From the NCBI GenBank assembly GCA_964640155.1, contig CAZXEQ010000002.1:469886-501885 (forward strand): a stretch of 32,000 bases of DNA, read 5' to 3'. Below, in pieces: positions 31,947 to 32,000 of this stretch; positions within the stretch are counted from its first letter, which is position 1, and each line of letters opens with the position of its first letter. Below the pieces are notes generated by a model. It was not told the origin of the DNA. It saw only the letters and a list, made by a program, of their open reading frames with translations, and made no database searches. Source of the stretch: an uncultured bacterium (lineage in GTDB: Bacteria; Auribacterota; JACPWU01). Both the position numbers and the translations under genes were made by a program.

Positions 31947-32000
31947 CTCCCCGGGCAGGACTCGAACCTGCGACATACTGGTTAACAGCCAGTCGCTTCT
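31947..32000 (-). tRNA. tRNA-Asn (anticodon GUU), 3' part only; the 5' part lies beyond the window
   Basis: The minus strand reads ...ACUGG-CUGUUAA-CCAGU (anticodon loop with GUU), a 5-nt variable loop AUGUC, the T arm GCAGG-UUCGAGU-CCUGC, acceptor CCGGGGA, and discriminator G. CCA is not encoded. Confidence 0.85.

Noticed and set aside
1-32000. Scan for CRISPR arrays, IS elements or transposases, integrases, prophage genes, toxin-antitoxin pairs and known defence-system genes.
   Set aside because: I saw no regularly spaced direct repeats. No ORF has transposase, integrase, nuclease-helicase or reverse-transcriptase hallmarks. The only tRNA (a typical integration hotspot) sits at the window edge with no adjacent mobile genes inside the window.

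Overview
AT-rich (about 35-40% GC by eye, not computed), gene-dense chromosomal window from a Gram-negative-type bacterium; I cannot assign taxonomy. About 30 CDSs, mostly housekeeping. In order:
- 3' end of GTP-dependent PEP carboxykinase
- translationally coupled DsbA-like/MauE-like pair
- thiG-thiH-thiS operon (minus strand) and a PlsC-type acyltransferase
- 1131-aa secreted protein with two fascin-like beta-trefoils and a low-complexity tail
- chlorite-dismutase-family protein, DEAD-box helicase, ZIP transporter, MscS channel
- divergent PPK2 / CYTH-CHAD polyphosphate pair
- Cys-rich Spy/CpxP-like periplasmic protein, HI0933-type flavoprotein, Maf, parvulin, glutaredoxin-like protein
- CPA2 antiporter with an RCK_C domain, MsrB, PpsR
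- nrfHA nitrite reductase operon
- Dus, a membrane fatty-acid desaturase, an outer-membrane barrel followed by two YceI-like paralogs, a flavoprotein, and a partial tRNA-Asn(GUU)

I saw no transposase, integrase, CRISPR array or recognisable defence genes.

The most unusual signal is non-coding. The ORF-free, visibly GC-enriched gap at 4033-4573 holds a ~395-nt element that folds into long nested helices. All of its transition mismatches read as G-U pairs on the plus strand, which is antisense to both flanking genes. Embedded in it is a 139-nt three-way-junction module (4358-4496). A second copy of this module lies at 8980-9116 with conserved loop and junction sequences but fully compensated helix sequences. 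This looks like an undescribed structured RNA family, but it needs computational and experimental confirmation.
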